Sequence record: PQ015378.1
Length of the DNA: 64,000 nucleotides
Direction: 5' to 3' (one strand)
The notes beneath the pieces are model-generated. The model had not been told where the DNA came from. It made no database searches and was given only the letters and a program-made list of their open reading frames with translations. This document shows, piece after piece, positions 38,942 to 48,999 of this stretch; the stretch's first letter is position 1; each line of letters starts with the position of its first letter. The position numbers were made by a program, and so were the translations under genes.

Positions 38942-40648
38942 ATGGATCACGGTCAAGGCGGCTACTCTCACTCCTGCTGCGGTTTCGGTCACAGCTCGGA
39001 TTCCCACGTTCACAAGTCGATCGAAGAGATCATCGACCCGAACTCCCCCATCGGTAAAATGCTGGCCCTCGTGGCCGGTGAAGGCGTAAGCCAACTCCGT
39101 CCTGTGACCCAGGACATCAATAGCAACATCTTCAGTCCTCCTGTGGAGAAAGAACCAATGAAAGGCGAACTACTCGTTCCAGGCAAAACCCACACCGCTT
39201 CGTACAAAAGCGAAAACTTCGTCAAGATGCTGCGTCAGAACGGTTACGATACCGACGCCATCCTGGCTGCCCTGAACGACGCCGATGGCAATGCCCGCCA
39301 ACAACTGCGTGAATCGATCGGTGAAGATCGTTACACCATCCTGCAACAGGAAATCACCTGGACCAAGAAAGAAGTCACTGCCGAACAGCTGGTCAAAGCC
39401 GGTCAGATCAAACTGCAGCCAGGTGAGTTCTACAACGACCTGATGGCAGCCCTCGGTGTCATGGAAGGCGGCAACCGTTCGATCTCCCTGCGGCGTGAAG
39501 ACATCAGCGGTCCTACCGGCCTTCCTGGCCCAGCTGGCAAACCACTGGTCTCCCCTGAAATCAAGATCGTCGGCTCCAAAGAAACTCTGGCTGAAGCCAT
39601 CGCGGGTCACATCGTGCCTGACATGATGAAGAAGCTGTCCGATGCACTGGACATCACCGACATCACCCAACGCATGCGTGAACAACGTCGTATCGCTGAT
39701 CGCTTCCAGAAGCTGATGCGTTACACCGCCAAGCCGGAATCCATCAACGCTTCCGCCATCGCCTGCCCTCACGAGCTGGCCATCTACAAGTGGTCCCAAC
39801 TCAACAAGGCTGCCGAAGGCCTGGTAACCACCGGTGTGGCTTTCGCCAACATCGACAAGGCCACCCAGCTCTTCATGGAACGCGAAGCTGCCGACAAGCT
39901 GAACCGCGACCACCAGCGCCAAGCCCAAGAACTGAATCAGAAGCGTGCCGCCATCATGGAGCGTGTGATCGGTGAAGTGGGTGCGATCGAAGAACTGGTC
40001 AACGGTCTGGAAACTCGTCAACTGGCACAGAAGCTACAGGCCATGGCCGCCGAGATCCTGGAAGCAGAGAACGGTGCTCCAGTCAAGCAACAGGCTCAGC
40101 TGGACTTCGTACCTGGTCAGAAGCTCGGTGTCCCATTCGAAGGCTCGCGTATGGCATCCGATGATTCCGACATGGGCCTGGACTACCGTCGTTCGGTTCC
40201 GACCACCGCTGGTGGCTTCTCCGATGACAAGTTCGGTGCAGCTACTCGTAACGGCCTGACTACCGACAACCCGGCTGTCCCTGCTTTCATGCAAGGCTTC
40301 CTGAACGCCCGTGTCGAAACTCGCGCGAAAGTCTTCCCGACCGAGCAAGCTCGTCAAGATCAGGCCCAGGTGAAAGAAGCGCAGTACGATCGTTCGGGTC
40401 CTGGTGTGCAGTCGTCCGAGTACCCACCGATCGGCGGCCGTCTGCAGGTGGTAACCATCGCTGAGCAGGAACGCCGCGCCGAGTTCGTGAACTCCATCAC
40501 CCAGCGTCTGAAAGGTGGTGAAGCCATCTCGGAATCGGAACTGCTCAAGGCTGCTGAACTGGCCAAGACTCTTCCAACCACGTTCCAACTGGAACTGGCC
40601 AAGATCGTCGGTACCCGCATGATGGGCAAAGCGCCTTTCCTCCAATAA
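38942..40648 (+). CDS. Large coiled-coil hypothetical protein upstream of chimallin
   Basis: 568 aa; His/Cys-rich N-terminus, GPTGLPGPAG, heptad-rich centre. Confidence 0.85.
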   Translation: MDHGQGGYSHSCCGFGHSSDSHVHKSIEEIIDPNSPIGKMLALVAGEGVSQLRPVTQDINSNIFSPPVEKEPMKGELLVPGKTHTASYKSENFVKMLRQNGYDTDAILAALNDADGNARQQLRESIGEDRYTILQQEITWTKKEVTAEQLVKAGQIKLQPGEFYNDLMAALGVMEGGNRSISLRREDISGPTGLPGPAGKPLVSPEIKIVGSKETLAEAIAGHIVPDMMKKLSDALDITDITQRMREQRRIADRFQKLMRYTAKPESINASAIACPHELAIYKWSQLNKAAEGLVTTGVAFANIDKATQLFMEREAADKLNRDHQRQAQELNQKRAAIMERVIGEVGAIEELVNGLETRQLAQKLQAMAAEILEAENGAPVKQQAQLDFVPGQKLGVPFEGSRMASDDSDMGLDYRRSVPTTAGGFSDDKFGAATRNGLTTDNPAVPAFMQGFLNARVETRAKVFPTEQARQDQAQVKEAQYDRSGPGVQSSEYPPIGGRLQVVTIAEQERRAEFVNSITQRLKGGEAISESELLKAAELAKTLPTTFQLELAKIVGTRMMGKAPFLQ

Positions 40649-40827
40649 CAAAATACTCATGGTCATCATCTAATACAGGAGAATGCCGAGAAGGTGTTCG
40701 AATGGTTAGATGTATGGCCCATACAAACGGATTTTTTGTTTTAGTTGGTTGTATACCAATTATATAGCACAGAATCCGTGCAAACCGTTAGCGCTTTATA
40801 GCGCAAGTGCTATAGCCTGATAACTCG

Positions 40828-40850
40828 AAAAAATCTCAGATCTATATCAC
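40828..40850 (+). promoter_or_regulatory. Early promoter of chmA, AAAAAATCTCAGATCTATATCAC
   Basis: Extended motif with a T-to-C variant in the core. Confidence 0.8.
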
Positions 40851-40922
40851 TATCCTGAATCAAACCAGCAATTGGAATGATTCTTCTTGATCAAGAATCC
40901 CCGCAATAGAAAGGAACGTGAC

Positions 40923-42827
40923 ATGTCCGTCAACAAAGGCAACACCCAAAAGCCAGCCGCTGCTCAAACTCAGTTCGTTCAGCCTGCAGTTCAACAAGCC
41001 GCTCCACAGCAAACAGCACAGGTGACCGCTCCGATGCAACCAACCCCAATCGCCGCTGGCATGTCCCAGCTGAACCGCAGCTTCGCCCGTTCCGGCCGTG
41101 CCGACGGTAACGACGCTCGTCTGACCAAAGCTCTCGTGGCCTTCACCGAAGCAGGTAAAGAAGCCATCGAGCAGCAAGACCTGGCAGACAACTTCCACAT
41201 CTTCCGCTTCGATCGTACCGCCCACCAAGTGGCCATGGGTTCGATCCTCGTTCTGAAGCTGGTCGACAACCGCGGCACCCCGGCGATCCTGGTCAAGGCT
41301 CTGCCGATCCTGGACAACTCCGTGCCGATCAAGCCGAAGACCTTCCAGATCCAGAACGGCTACAACGCCTTCGACAAGTACGAAGTCAAGCCTGACGCCA
41401 GCGACATCTTCACCCCGCTGTACTGGAGCCGTATCGTCTCCTACGTCCGCACCGCTACCGGTCACCCGAACGCCGCCGTGTACAACGCCGGTCCTCAGGA
41501 AATCCACAGCGAGTTCGACTTCGAAGATCGCGGCCTGGTTCGCAACCTGCTGATCAAAGCGGTCAACTCGGTCGAAGACGCCATGGGTCGCCTGTCCGAC
41601 GAACGTCCGTTCTCCCTGGCCACCGACATGCAGTCGCAGGACGAGATCCTGGCTGCAACCATCGACTACACCGGTATCCAAGCTGAAACCAACACCGGTC
41701 TGCCGATCCGTTCCGACATCGCCGTCTCGCTGCAGCGTCGCAAGAAGCAGCACCAGGGCCAACAGGTCCAGGAAAACGAGTACTACGATGCCGACAGCCA
41801 GCTGAACACCGTTCACATGTTCGTCGACCTGGAGTACTCGCCACAGCAAGTACAGCAGATCTACGGCATGCCTGCATCGGCTCCGGTCCCACCGTTCGTT
41901 CCTGCTCTGGTCGTCACTGCTGTCAAGCAGGCCAACTGGATCATGGCGAACACCCCGGAAATGTACTTCTTCAGCCTGGGTAATGCCTACCGTGCAACCA
42001 ACGGTCAGGGCTGGGCGAAAGTGTTCCTGCCAACTATCGGCCGCACCAAAGACCCACGTGACATCGGTGCCACCGGCTACCTGTCGCCGAAAGGACTGAA
42101 GGTCGAAACCAAGTCGGACACCTTCACCGAAGCTGACTTCGCCGGTCTGATGTTCAGCCAGGTTCAACAGAACCCGGTCATCATGCTGGACCTGGATCGC
42201 ATGGGCGACAACTCGTACGTCGAAACCATGATCCTGGACTCGCTGGGCGGCCCGAACGCGGAAGCAGCGAAAGCTGGTATCATCCGCATCCTGTGCAACC
42301 TGTACGGCCGCGAGAACTTCCTGTCGGTCTTCGACGCTGCAACCGACTGGCTGTTCCAGCCATACGGCACTGACTTCAACCTGGGCCACTACCCAGGCGA
42401 AGACGGTGGCATGCGTGACCGTCGTGACCTGGACACCCTGGCTGCTCTGAACTTCTCGGAAGGTCTGCAGTCGGAGTTCATGGACTGGTACGGTGCCAAG
42501 TGCAACCCGAACGTTCACCCAGAAGTTCGTCGCAAGAAGTCGGAAGTGTACGACAAGCAGTACCTGGGCAACGTGACCTACACCGGTCGCGTCACTCGCG
42601 TGCTGGTCAACCCGAAACTGATCGCGGCCATGGACGCAGCCTCCAGCAAAGCTGGTCTGCAGATCACCATGGACAACGTCGGCTCGATCTTCGGTGCTCA
42701 GCGCTTCCAGGGCAACATGAACCTGCAGGGCATGAACGTGATGGGCGTCGCCAACGTCCAGAACTACCTGTCCAACCAAGTGCAGTACGCTCCGTCGATC
42801 CAAGGCGGTACCGGCATGCAGTACTAA
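40923..42827 (+). CDS. chmA: Chimallin (phage nuclear shell protein)
   Basis: Matches recalled 201phi2-1 gp105 segments: QQDLADNFHIFRFDR, LRNLLIKAVN-type, ANTPEMYFFSLGNAYR, RDRRDLDTLAALN, AGLQITMDN, QRFQGN; Q-rich N-tail; start after AAGGA. Confidence 0.95.
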   Translation: MSVNKGNTQKPAAAQTQFVQPAVQQAAPQQTAQVTAPMQPTPIAAGMSQLNRSFARSGRADGNDARLTKALVAFTEAGKEAIEQQDLADNFHIFRFDRTAHQVAMGSILVLKLVDNRGTPAILVKALPILDNSVPIKPKTFQIQNGYNAFDKYEVKPDASDIFTPLYWSRIVSYVRTATGHPNAAVYNAGPQEIHSEFDFEDRGLVRNLLIKAVNSVEDAMGRLSDERPFSLATDMQSQDEILAATIDYTGIQAETNTGLPIRSDIAVSLQRRKKQHQGQQVQENEYYDADSQLNTVHMFVDLEYSPQQVQQIYGMPASAPVPPFVPALVVTAVKQANWIMANTPEMYFFSLGNAYRATNGQGWAKVFLPTIGRTKDPRDIGATGYLSPKGLKVETKSDTFTEADFAGLMFSQVQQNPVIMLDLDRMGDNSYVETMILDSLGGPNAEAAKAGIIRILCNLYGRENFLSVFDAATDWLFQPYGTDFNLGHYPGEDGGMRDRRDLDTLAALNFSEGLQSEFMDWYGAKCNPNVHPEVRRKKSEVYDKQYLGNVTYTGRVTRVLVNPKLIAAMDAASSKAGLQITMDNVGSIFGAQRFQGNMNLQGMNVMGVANVQNYLSNQVQYAPSIQGGTGMQY

Positions 42828-42863
42828 TCTTCGGATTAGAACTGTAGCTACCTGAATAGAATG

Positions 42864-42898
42864 GGCTCCCTTCGGGGAGCCTGTTTTATTTCTTTTTT
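42864..42898 (+). terminator. UUCG terminator after chmA
   Basis: ggctccc-TTCG-gggagcc plus a T-rich tract. Confidence 0.8.
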
Positions 42899-42929
42899 GT
42901 CTTTTGTGGTTTAGGGTTAGGAGAGTCAA

Positions 42930-44396
42930 TTGGGCGTATACGCTGAAATTGTTGACCATGATGAGCTGCTAGCAAGCATGACGGGTACCGTCAAGTTCGC
43001 CAACGATTATAACGCATCAAACACCGAATCGAAAGAAGAGTTCCAACGAGCTCTCTATTCCCACTTCGATAACGTGGATGCGATCAAAGTCTCGGCAAGC
43101 TGCGATTGTGGTCATCTCGATGAGGCTTATGACCTCGGCGTCGTGTGTGGGGTATGTGGTACACCTGTAGTCTCTACAGCAAACCAACCAATCGTTCCGT
43201 CGATGTGGATCAAGGCTCCAACCGGAGTACTGTCCCTGATATCGCCAGAGCTGTTGATCATGCTGTCGGGGCACATGTCAGGGAAGGAGTTCAACTTCCT
43301 CTCGTACTTCATGGACACGACGTATCAATTCGATGCCAACAGCATCTCTTCCCGTGAAACCAGCCGGAAAGTAAACCGGTTGCTGCAAGCGAAACTCCCA
43401 CGTGGTCTGAACAACTTCATCATGAACTTCGATGACATCATCAGGTTCTGTATGGACGTGGGTATCATCGGTACTGGGAAACATGAGTTCTATGAATTCC
43501 TGGTGCAGAACAAACACGCCCTGTTCCCACAGGCGATTCCAATTCCAACCAAACTGTGCTTCGTCGTAGAGTCGACCACTTCAGGTTCGTACATCGACAA
43601 GCCAATCGGTCCTGCGATCGATGCTGCTCTCACCATGGGCGGTATCACACACAGCCCGATTCCCCTGAAAGACATTACCGTACAAAACCGTACGGCCAAA
43701 GCTTTGCTGTTGATGGCGAAGTTCCACGAGGACTATGACAAACAACGGATCGCCCAAAAGCCGGGTCTGGTTCGTCGTCACGTTCTGGGTGGTCGTCTCA
43801 ACTTCACCGCTCGTGCGGTAATCACCTCGATCTCTGCACCGCACTGCTATGACGATCTCCACATCCCGTGGGGCGTAGCATGCCAGCTGTTCAAGTATCA
43901 CATCGTCAACAAGCTGAAACGCCAAGGTATGACCACACAGGAAGCCCTGGCATTCCTGTACGAGAACGTTCTGCAGTATAACGAACGGCTCAACCTGATC
44001 TTCCTCGAACTGATCGATGAAGCGAAGGGCCCTGGTCCAGCCTGTACGTTCCACCGTAACCCGACTCTGCAGCGTGGTTCGACTCAGCAGTTCTTCATCA
44101 CCAAGATCAAGACTGACCTGACAGACAACTCGATCTCGATGTCCGTTCTGTGCTTGAAGGCACCTAACGCCGACTTCGACGGTGACCAGCTCAACCTGAC
44201 GCTGATGCCAGACAACTACCTGACCGATGCTACCGAGCGAATCGCTCCGCACACCTGGGTACTGTCGATCGATGACCCACATGAAATCTCGGGTAACTTG
44301 GAGCTACAGGGTCCGGTCGTTGAAACGATTGTGAACTATGCTCACGAGGATTATCTCCCACCACCGCCTGATGAGTGGAAGCACCTTCTCGACTAA
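42930..44396 (+). CDS. Non-virion RNA polymerase beta' subunit, N-part (phiKZ gp55-like), uninterrupted
   Basis: TTG after AGGAG; Zn ribbon CDC...CGVC, RRHVLGGRLNFTARAVI, HRNPTL, catalytic NADFDGD. Confidence 0.93.
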   Translation: MGVYAEIVDHDELLASMTGTVKFANDYNASNTESKEEFQRALYSHFDNVDAIKVSASCDCGHLDEAYDLGVVCGVCGTPVVSTANQPIVPSMWIKAPTGVLSLISPELLIMLSGHMSGKEFNFLSYFMDTTYQFDANSISSRETSRKVNRLLQAKLPRGLNNFIMNFDDIIRFCMDVGIIGTGKHEFYEFLVQNKHALFPQAIPIPTKLCFVVESTTSGSYIDKPIGPAIDAALTMGGITHSPIPLKDITVQNRTAKALLLMAKFHEDYDKQRIAQKPGLVRRHVLGGRLNFTARAVITSISAPHCYDDLHIPWGVACQLFKYHIVNKLKRQGMTTQEALAFLYENVLQYNERLNLIFLELIDEAKGPGPACTFHRNPTLQRGSTQQFFITKIKTDLTDNSISMSVLCLKAPNADFDGDQLNLTLMPDNYLTDATERIAPHTWVLSIDDPHEISGNLELQGPVVETIVNYAHEDYLPPPPDEWKHLLD

Positions 44397-44408
44397 GACG
44401 TCATAAAC

Positions 44409-44424
44409 GGGGACTTCGGTCCCC
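44409..44424 (+). terminator. UUCG hairpin
   Basis: ggggac-TTCG-gtcccc preceded by cataaac. Confidence 0.65.
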
Positions 44425-44437
44425 AACTGGAGGTTGT

Positions 44438-44911
44438 ATGTTGCAGTTCTATCGTCGCGTTACCGTTGAATGCGAAACCCCTACGGATAACAACGTATCG
44501 GGTGTGGTCGCAGTTCACCAACAATGGCTGTACCAAGGCAAACCTATCGGTCTGGGGCTAGGTGGTAGCCGCCACATCATGACAGCCAAAGATGTGCGGA
44601 TCGAACACATCATCGAAGCTCCAGAAGATCCACAACAGGATCGTTCGTGTCTGGTGTTTAAATCGGCAGACGGTCGTAAGATCGATTCCGTTTCGTTCCA
44701 CCAGTCGTGGATACAGATGCAGCAAATGCGTCGTTACTATTCACAGTCATTCCCAGTAACCGATACCTTCGAGTTGCCGGAGGATGCGAGCATCATCGAG
44801 CTGCTCACAATCGAGGTCCAGAACGACGAGAAAGGTTCTGTCACCATCTACCTGAAAGATTACCTGGAGCGCCAACGTGCCCAAGAGCAATCTGGAACAC
44901 CTGCCGAGTAA
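44438..44911 (+). CDS. Hypothetical protein
   Basis: ATG after GGAGG. Confidence 0.8.
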   Translation: MLQFYRRVTVECETPTDNNVSGVVAVHQQWLYQGKPIGLGLGGSRHIMTAKDVRIEHIIEAPEDPQQDRSCLVFKSADGRKIDSVSFHQSWIQMQQMRRYYSQSFPVTDTFELPEDASIIELLTIEVQNDEKGSVTIYLKDYLERQRAQEQSGTPAE

Positions 44912-44921
44912 CATCCGTGAG

Positions 44922-45314
44922 ATGCGTGAAATGGTACGCATCTTTGCCAAACCCCCAACCGGTGAATGGTTCATAACTGAAGACGGCGTGGACTATCCGG
45001 TCTCCGTCGTTATCGGTGGACCTACCTGGGCTGTCGAAACCCCAGACTTCGCCGTTGTATTCGAAGCGAACTTCGTACCATACACAGTCTACGTGGTTAA
45101 CCACAAGATCGATCGGATCACAGATCACCTGGGTAATCCATGTGATGAGTACTGGCTCACCATCGGCGGCTCGTACGTCCAGCATTTCCATAAAGCTCGG
45201 ATGCATGAGGGTAAGGTCGATCGGGTTTGTATTGCTCACCGCTGGGATCGACAACTCTACGGTTCGGAAGAAGGGCGTCAAGGCGCACAGCAGAAGTACA
45301 CGCTGGGCTGGTGA
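44922..45314 (+). CDS. Hypothetical protein
   Basis: Start uncertain (44922 or 44931). Confidence 0.7.
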   Translation: MREMVRIFAKPPTGEWFITEDGVDYPVSVVIGGPTWAVETPDFAVVFEANFVPYTVYVVNHKIDRITDHLGNPCDEYWLTIGGSYVQHFHKARMHEGKVDRVCIAHRWDRQLYGSEEGRQGAQQKYTLGW

Positions 45315-45363
45315 GAAATCACTGGCCCCTTCTACTATATACGACCAAAAGTGATCCATCGGA

Positions 45364-45380
45364 TCTCAGATCTATATCAC
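45364..45380 (+). promoter_or_regulatory. Early promoter TCTCAGATCTATATCAC
   Basis: Extended motif. Confidence 0.75.
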
Positions 45381-45409
45381 TTCTGGGCAATCAACCAAAA
45401 GGGTGGAAA

Positions 45410-45718
45410 ATGGAAACTGCAGGTCTCAAGCTCGTAAAGCGTCACAGCCGTTGGTTCTCTGGTGAAAGTCCTGTGGTCGTTCGTATGACCGGTAACATGT
45501 TCTTCATCAAGACCAGTGGTCCAGTTCAGGCATCTGTACGTCTGAGCCAGTACGAGGAATACGTCATCACCTTTGATGGTGCGACCGGCGTGATCTCCAA
45601 TGTCAAGCATTACTGTAGCCAAGCTGGCTGGAGTGAACCTGAGGAAATCAGTATCCCGCTGGATAATGGGTTCCTTCAAATGATCCACGTCATCAAAGAC
45701 GTAGTACACGAGGTATAA
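45410..45718 (+). CDS. Hypothetical protein
   Basis: ATG after GGGTGG, downstream of the promoter. Confidence 0.75.
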   Translation: METAGLKLVKRHSRWFSGESPVVVRMTGNMFFIKTSGPVQASVRLSQYEEYVITFDGATGVISNVKHYCSQAGWSEPEEISIPLDNGFLQMIHVIKDVVHEV

Positions 45719-45722
45719 CCAG

Positions 45723-46331
45723 ATGATGCAGGCACACGGTGTCGATTTGCTGGACATCTGTGCAGGTGGCCATTTGGATATGAACACTCAGTCTTGGTTG
45801 GGTGAACGTTCGGATGCACTACGTGCAACGATCTCCAATACCGCGGGTGCGTTCTTTAACCAGGCCGCAACTCTGTACACGATGATCTCCACGAGCGATG
45901 CAGTTCAAGCATTGCGTAACCTCACAGTCAAAGCAGAGAACGCATGGCAGAACAATGCTATCGCCTATCTGCAGACGGTAGAACAAGTCCAGTGCGCTGG
46001 ACCGGTAATGCAACGCTGGATCATGGCTCAGCCTGATGTCCGTCAGATGTATCTCAATGGCGAAGTCTCCGGTTACGGGGAAAGCTATGAGAACCTACAC
46101 GGTAACGGCGTTGGTGCACAGCACTACGACTGGCGTCAAGTCATGTCGGGTATCTCGGTAACCACCGATGATACGTTCGGCTATACCACGTATGTGGAAG
46201 ACACTCGTGATGACAACGAACTGTCCGTCTTCGAGAAGGTCGACATTCTTCGTACATGGCAAGTCGTTCAGGCTGCTCTGTCTGAGGGTGAACAAGATCC
46301 AACCTCGCCGGAAGGGCTGATGTTGGGCTAA
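45723..46331 (+). CDS. Conserved chimallivirus protein (about the phiKZ gp59 position)
   Basis: MQRWIMAQP, GYGESY and YDWRQVMSG; synteny. Confidence 0.7.
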   Translation: MMQAHGVDLLDICAGGHLDMNTQSWLGERSDALRATISNTAGAFFNQAATLYTMISTSDAVQALRNLTVKAENAWQNNAIAYLQTVEQVQCAGPVMQRWIMAQPDVRQMYLNGEVSGYGESYENLHGNGVGAQHYDWRQVMSGISVTTDDTFGYTTYVEDTRDDNELSVFEKVDILRTWQVVQAALSEGEQDPTSPEGLMLG

Positions 46332-46332
46332 C

Positions 46333-46361
46333 ATAAACGCCTCCCTTCGGGGAGGCTTTAT
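46333..46361 (+). terminator. UUCG terminator
   Basis: cataaac-gcctccc-TTCG-gggaggc-tttat. Confidence 0.8.
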
Positions 46362-46375
46362 TCCGTGAGGTAGTT

Positions 46376-46984
46376 ATGTTTGCAGGTGAAGGTAGTGAGG
46401 GCATGTACTTCTGCCCAGTTCGTGAGCGCTACGTCAGTAAAATAGAACGACGTCCCAGCGCGCCCGCTGTGGTCGTAACCGCAATACCGCCAAAGCAGAT
46501 GAATGTCTCCCCCAACTTCCCGGAGTTGGAGAAGAGCTTTCCAGGCTTCCGTGACGAGTGGGCCAAGCTGGGCCATCTCGAACACTCCGAAAGAATCTCT
46601 GCCGCGATCCGTGCGCTGGTCGCTGCACAGACCCCGAAAGAAAAGCAGTACTTCTATATCGAGAAGTCGAATCCACATGGTGGGTTCTGGCACACTGCTG
46701 ACAAACGCAACGTTATCTTCATCCCAGATGGCCTCGCTCGCCTGGAAATCCGTGACAACGGTGTCGAGTACAAATACAAATTACCTGAGGCCACAATAAC
46801 ATGCGAGAGCTGGAAGGGCGACTTGTTCATCAAAAGTATCCTGCTCCACTCCGGTGGCAATGCGATGCAGATGTACATCCCTGAAGACTCACCGCTTCTC
46901 AATTTCATCAAAGTGCGGACATCAGAAGTGACGACACTTCCACCCGCAGCAAAACCCTACCAGAAAAATGGAGTACTAGCATGA
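46376..46984 (+). CDS. Hypothetical protein
   Basis: RBS GAGGT. Confidence 0.8.
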   Translation: MFAGEGSEGMYFCPVRERYVSKIERRPSAPAVVVTAIPPKQMNVSPNFPELEKSFPGFRDEWAKLGHLEHSERISAAIRALVAAQTPKEKQYFYIEKSNPHGGFWHTADKRNVIFIPDGLARLEIRDNGVEYKYKLPEATITCESWKGDLFIKSILLHSGGNAMQMYIPEDSPLLNFIKVRTSEVTTLPPAAKPYQKNGVLA

Positions 46985-47394
46985 CCGAACCAACCGACAA
47001 CGTTCAAACCCTGGGCAAGAAGCGTGGCATCCGTACCTTCGAGAACGACTCGTTCACCCTGGTACTGAACAAGACCTCCGGCTTCTACGACCTGGCCTTC
47101 GAAGGCAAGCAGTACCCAATCCGTTTCGCTGCGCCTGAAGGCCTGGCTCTCCTGACCAACCCGCTGGCCGGTGGCCTGACTCATAAGTCTGGTCGTCACA
47201 CCTTCACCCTGACCTTCGCTGGCGCCTTCGGTGACAAGCTGGTATCCATCGTCAACGAACAAGTTCGCGAAGGCTTCGAGAAGAACGCTGTCCCGAAAAC
47301 CGAAGCCGTCCAGGTTCCGGTCGAGTCCGATCTCGCCAAGTGGATCGTGGTTGCCGTCGAAATGCCGGTGATCAAAGCTCTGCGCCTCAAGTAA
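46981..47394 (+). CDS. Hypothetical protein
   Basis: ATGA overlap, RBS GGAG. Confidence 0.85.
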   Translation: MTEPTDNVQTLGKKRGIRTFENDSFTLVLNKTSGFYDLAFEGKQYPIRFAAPEGLALLTNPLAGGLTHKSGRHTFTLTFAGAFGDKLVSIVNEQVREGFEKNAVPKTEAVQVPVESDLAKWIVVAVEMPVIKALRLK

Positions 47395-47400
47395 ACGTAC

Positions 47401-47438
47401 GGGGACCTTCGGGTCCCCTACGCTTCTTTTTCTTTCTC
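47401..47438 (+). terminator. UUCG terminator
   Basis: ggggacc-TTCG-ggtcccc plus a T-rich tract. Confidence 0.8.
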
Positions 47439-47462
47439 CCTACCCTATGATCAATCGACCAA

Positions 47463-47882
47463 ATGGGTATGGAAATGGCAGAAAAGTTTATTCCCACGAT
47501 GGGCATCAAAGGTTGGATCAATCATCCAGAGGACAAGGCAGACTACATCATCGCTTGTTTCATGGAAGCCAACTATTCGATGTCCGTCATCCACCGTGAC
47601 CAAAATGAGTCGCTGCAGCACCTGCTGAAAATACATGCTAACCACATGTACGATCTGGAAACAGCTTTGCAAGATAAGCTGGATGCCAAGCTCAAAGCAG
47701 CTTTCAACGAACAGTCCTACTCGGTAGTGTCTGTGGATGAGAGTGCGGAGACTCCGGGCAAATTTACGATCAACTTCACAGGCTACGTGGTGACAGACGC
47801 AAAGACCTACACCGTGGGCTGGATGGTCCAGTTCCAAGATTCGCGTGTAGTCAAAATCGCCAAGATCAACAACGGAGTTTGA
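47463..47882 (+). CDS. Conserved chimallivirus protein (about the phiKZ gp62 position)
   Basis: IPTMGIKGWI...KADY; synteny. Confidence 0.7.
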   Translation: MGMEMAEKFIPTMGIKGWINHPEDKADYIIACFMEANYSMSVIHRDQNESLQHLLKIHANHMYDLETALQDKLDAKLKAAFNEQSYSVVSVDESAETPGKFTINFTGYVVTDAKTYTVGWMVQFQDSRVVKIAKINNGV

Positions 47883-47883
47883 T

Positions 47884-48390
47884 ATGCAACATACCGACCA
47901 ACTGGATGTAGCCCCAACCGAACAAGCAGCAACCCCTCAGTCCGCAGACCAGCTGCGTATCCGTAATCTGGAAACCCGCGTGAAGTTCCTGGAAGATTCG
48001 TTCCAAGAGCTGGTTCGCCTGGTGCAGAAATCGGAAGCCACCGTCGCCAAGAAAATGCTCGGCGCAATGTCCGGTGCGTTCCATCAGATCTCCGACCAAC
48101 TGGCACTGACTGCCCGTGGTCCCCACCCAATGCAGTACTTCGCTAAGCGCGTACCGGAAGGTACCGAGCAATCGGTCGTCGTAACTCGCAAGGGTGAACA
48201 ATACGACTTCGCTACCTCTGTCGATCCAACCAAGATCGAAAACGACGGCACCGAAGAACTGGCCATCATGTTCAAGATGCGTGAACTACTCCAGGATGGT
48301 GAAACCGCATGGTTCCACATTACCCTGGGTGAAGCGAAAGGGGGTACTGGCGATGGAGCAGCAGACGTTCCAGCAACCCCAGCGTCCTGA
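47884..48390 (+). CDS. Hypothetical protein
   Basis: 168 aa, RBS GGAG, N-terminal coiled coil. Confidence 0.75.
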   Translation: MQHTDQLDVAPTEQAATPQSADQLRIRNLETRVKFLEDSFQELVRLVQKSEATVAKKMLGAMSGAFHQISDQLALTARGPHPMQYFAKRVPEGTEQSVVVTRKGEQYDFATSVDPTKIENDGTEELAIMFKMRELLQDGETAWFHITLGEAKGGTGDGAADVPATPAS

Positions 48391-48999
48391 ACGTAAACGC
48401 AGTATCACGATGGAAATGGCTCTGAATGAAGAGCCAAAGAAATTCGCGACTGCAATCCACAGTGGCATCGAAGCTCGGTTACCTCGTGTAACCGAATCGG
48501 TGTTCAAAGCACGGGTGATTCCTATCCTCGAAAAGATCATGGTCCCGGCACATCGTGCGGCATACCAGAAGATCGTCGTGGATCTGATGTTTCCTCTGTA
48601 CGTGATCGATGACAACGATAAGGACAAGATCCTTCACATCGTTCCACCAATTGCTCGTACTCCATTAACTACCGTCCCTCAGGTGGATGGTGGGTTGTCC
48701 GTGGCTGACGTCATGTACAACATGGACCGTTACCGGGAACTGAATCGTCTGGATATCATCGACGATACGATGCGGGGTTATCTTGATCGGATCACGATCA
48801 TGCCGAATCTGGTCGACGATATTCTTTTACCGATTCACCGTATCCTACAGGCATACGGGCGTGAGCTGGATGTTACAGCGGATGCTCAGAATCCTTTAGG
48901 TCGTGATGCTCTTCCTCAGTCAGCTGATAAACGGGGGAGGGCCAAGCTACCCTGTCCTTCCAATCCAGCAGCTTTACTGAAGAAGAAGATGAAGACTGA
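48353..48999 (+). CDS. gp64-like protein; reads through in frame into SbcD, or ends at TGA 48997-48999 after a -1 shift at the G5 run
   Basis: The -1 frame from 48933-48937 gives GEGQATLSFQSSSFTEEEDED*, overlapping the SbcD ATG. Confidence 0.65.

Noticed and set aside
40649-40922. tRNA-like cloverleaf
   Set aside because: No TTCRA T-loop, D-loop GG or acceptor stem with CCA was found.
40860-42959. 699-aa minus-strand ORF antisense to chmA (also 53535-55172, 55186-56610, 39170-40021, 36887-37729, 6839-7678)
   Set aside because: Shadow ORFs produced by the strong C-ending codon bias of the real genes. They lack an RBS and have V/G/D/R-skewed composition.
48194-48352. N-terminal part of the 647-aa track ORF
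   Set aside because: It overlaps 47884-48390 in another frame; a better start lies at 48353 or 48410.
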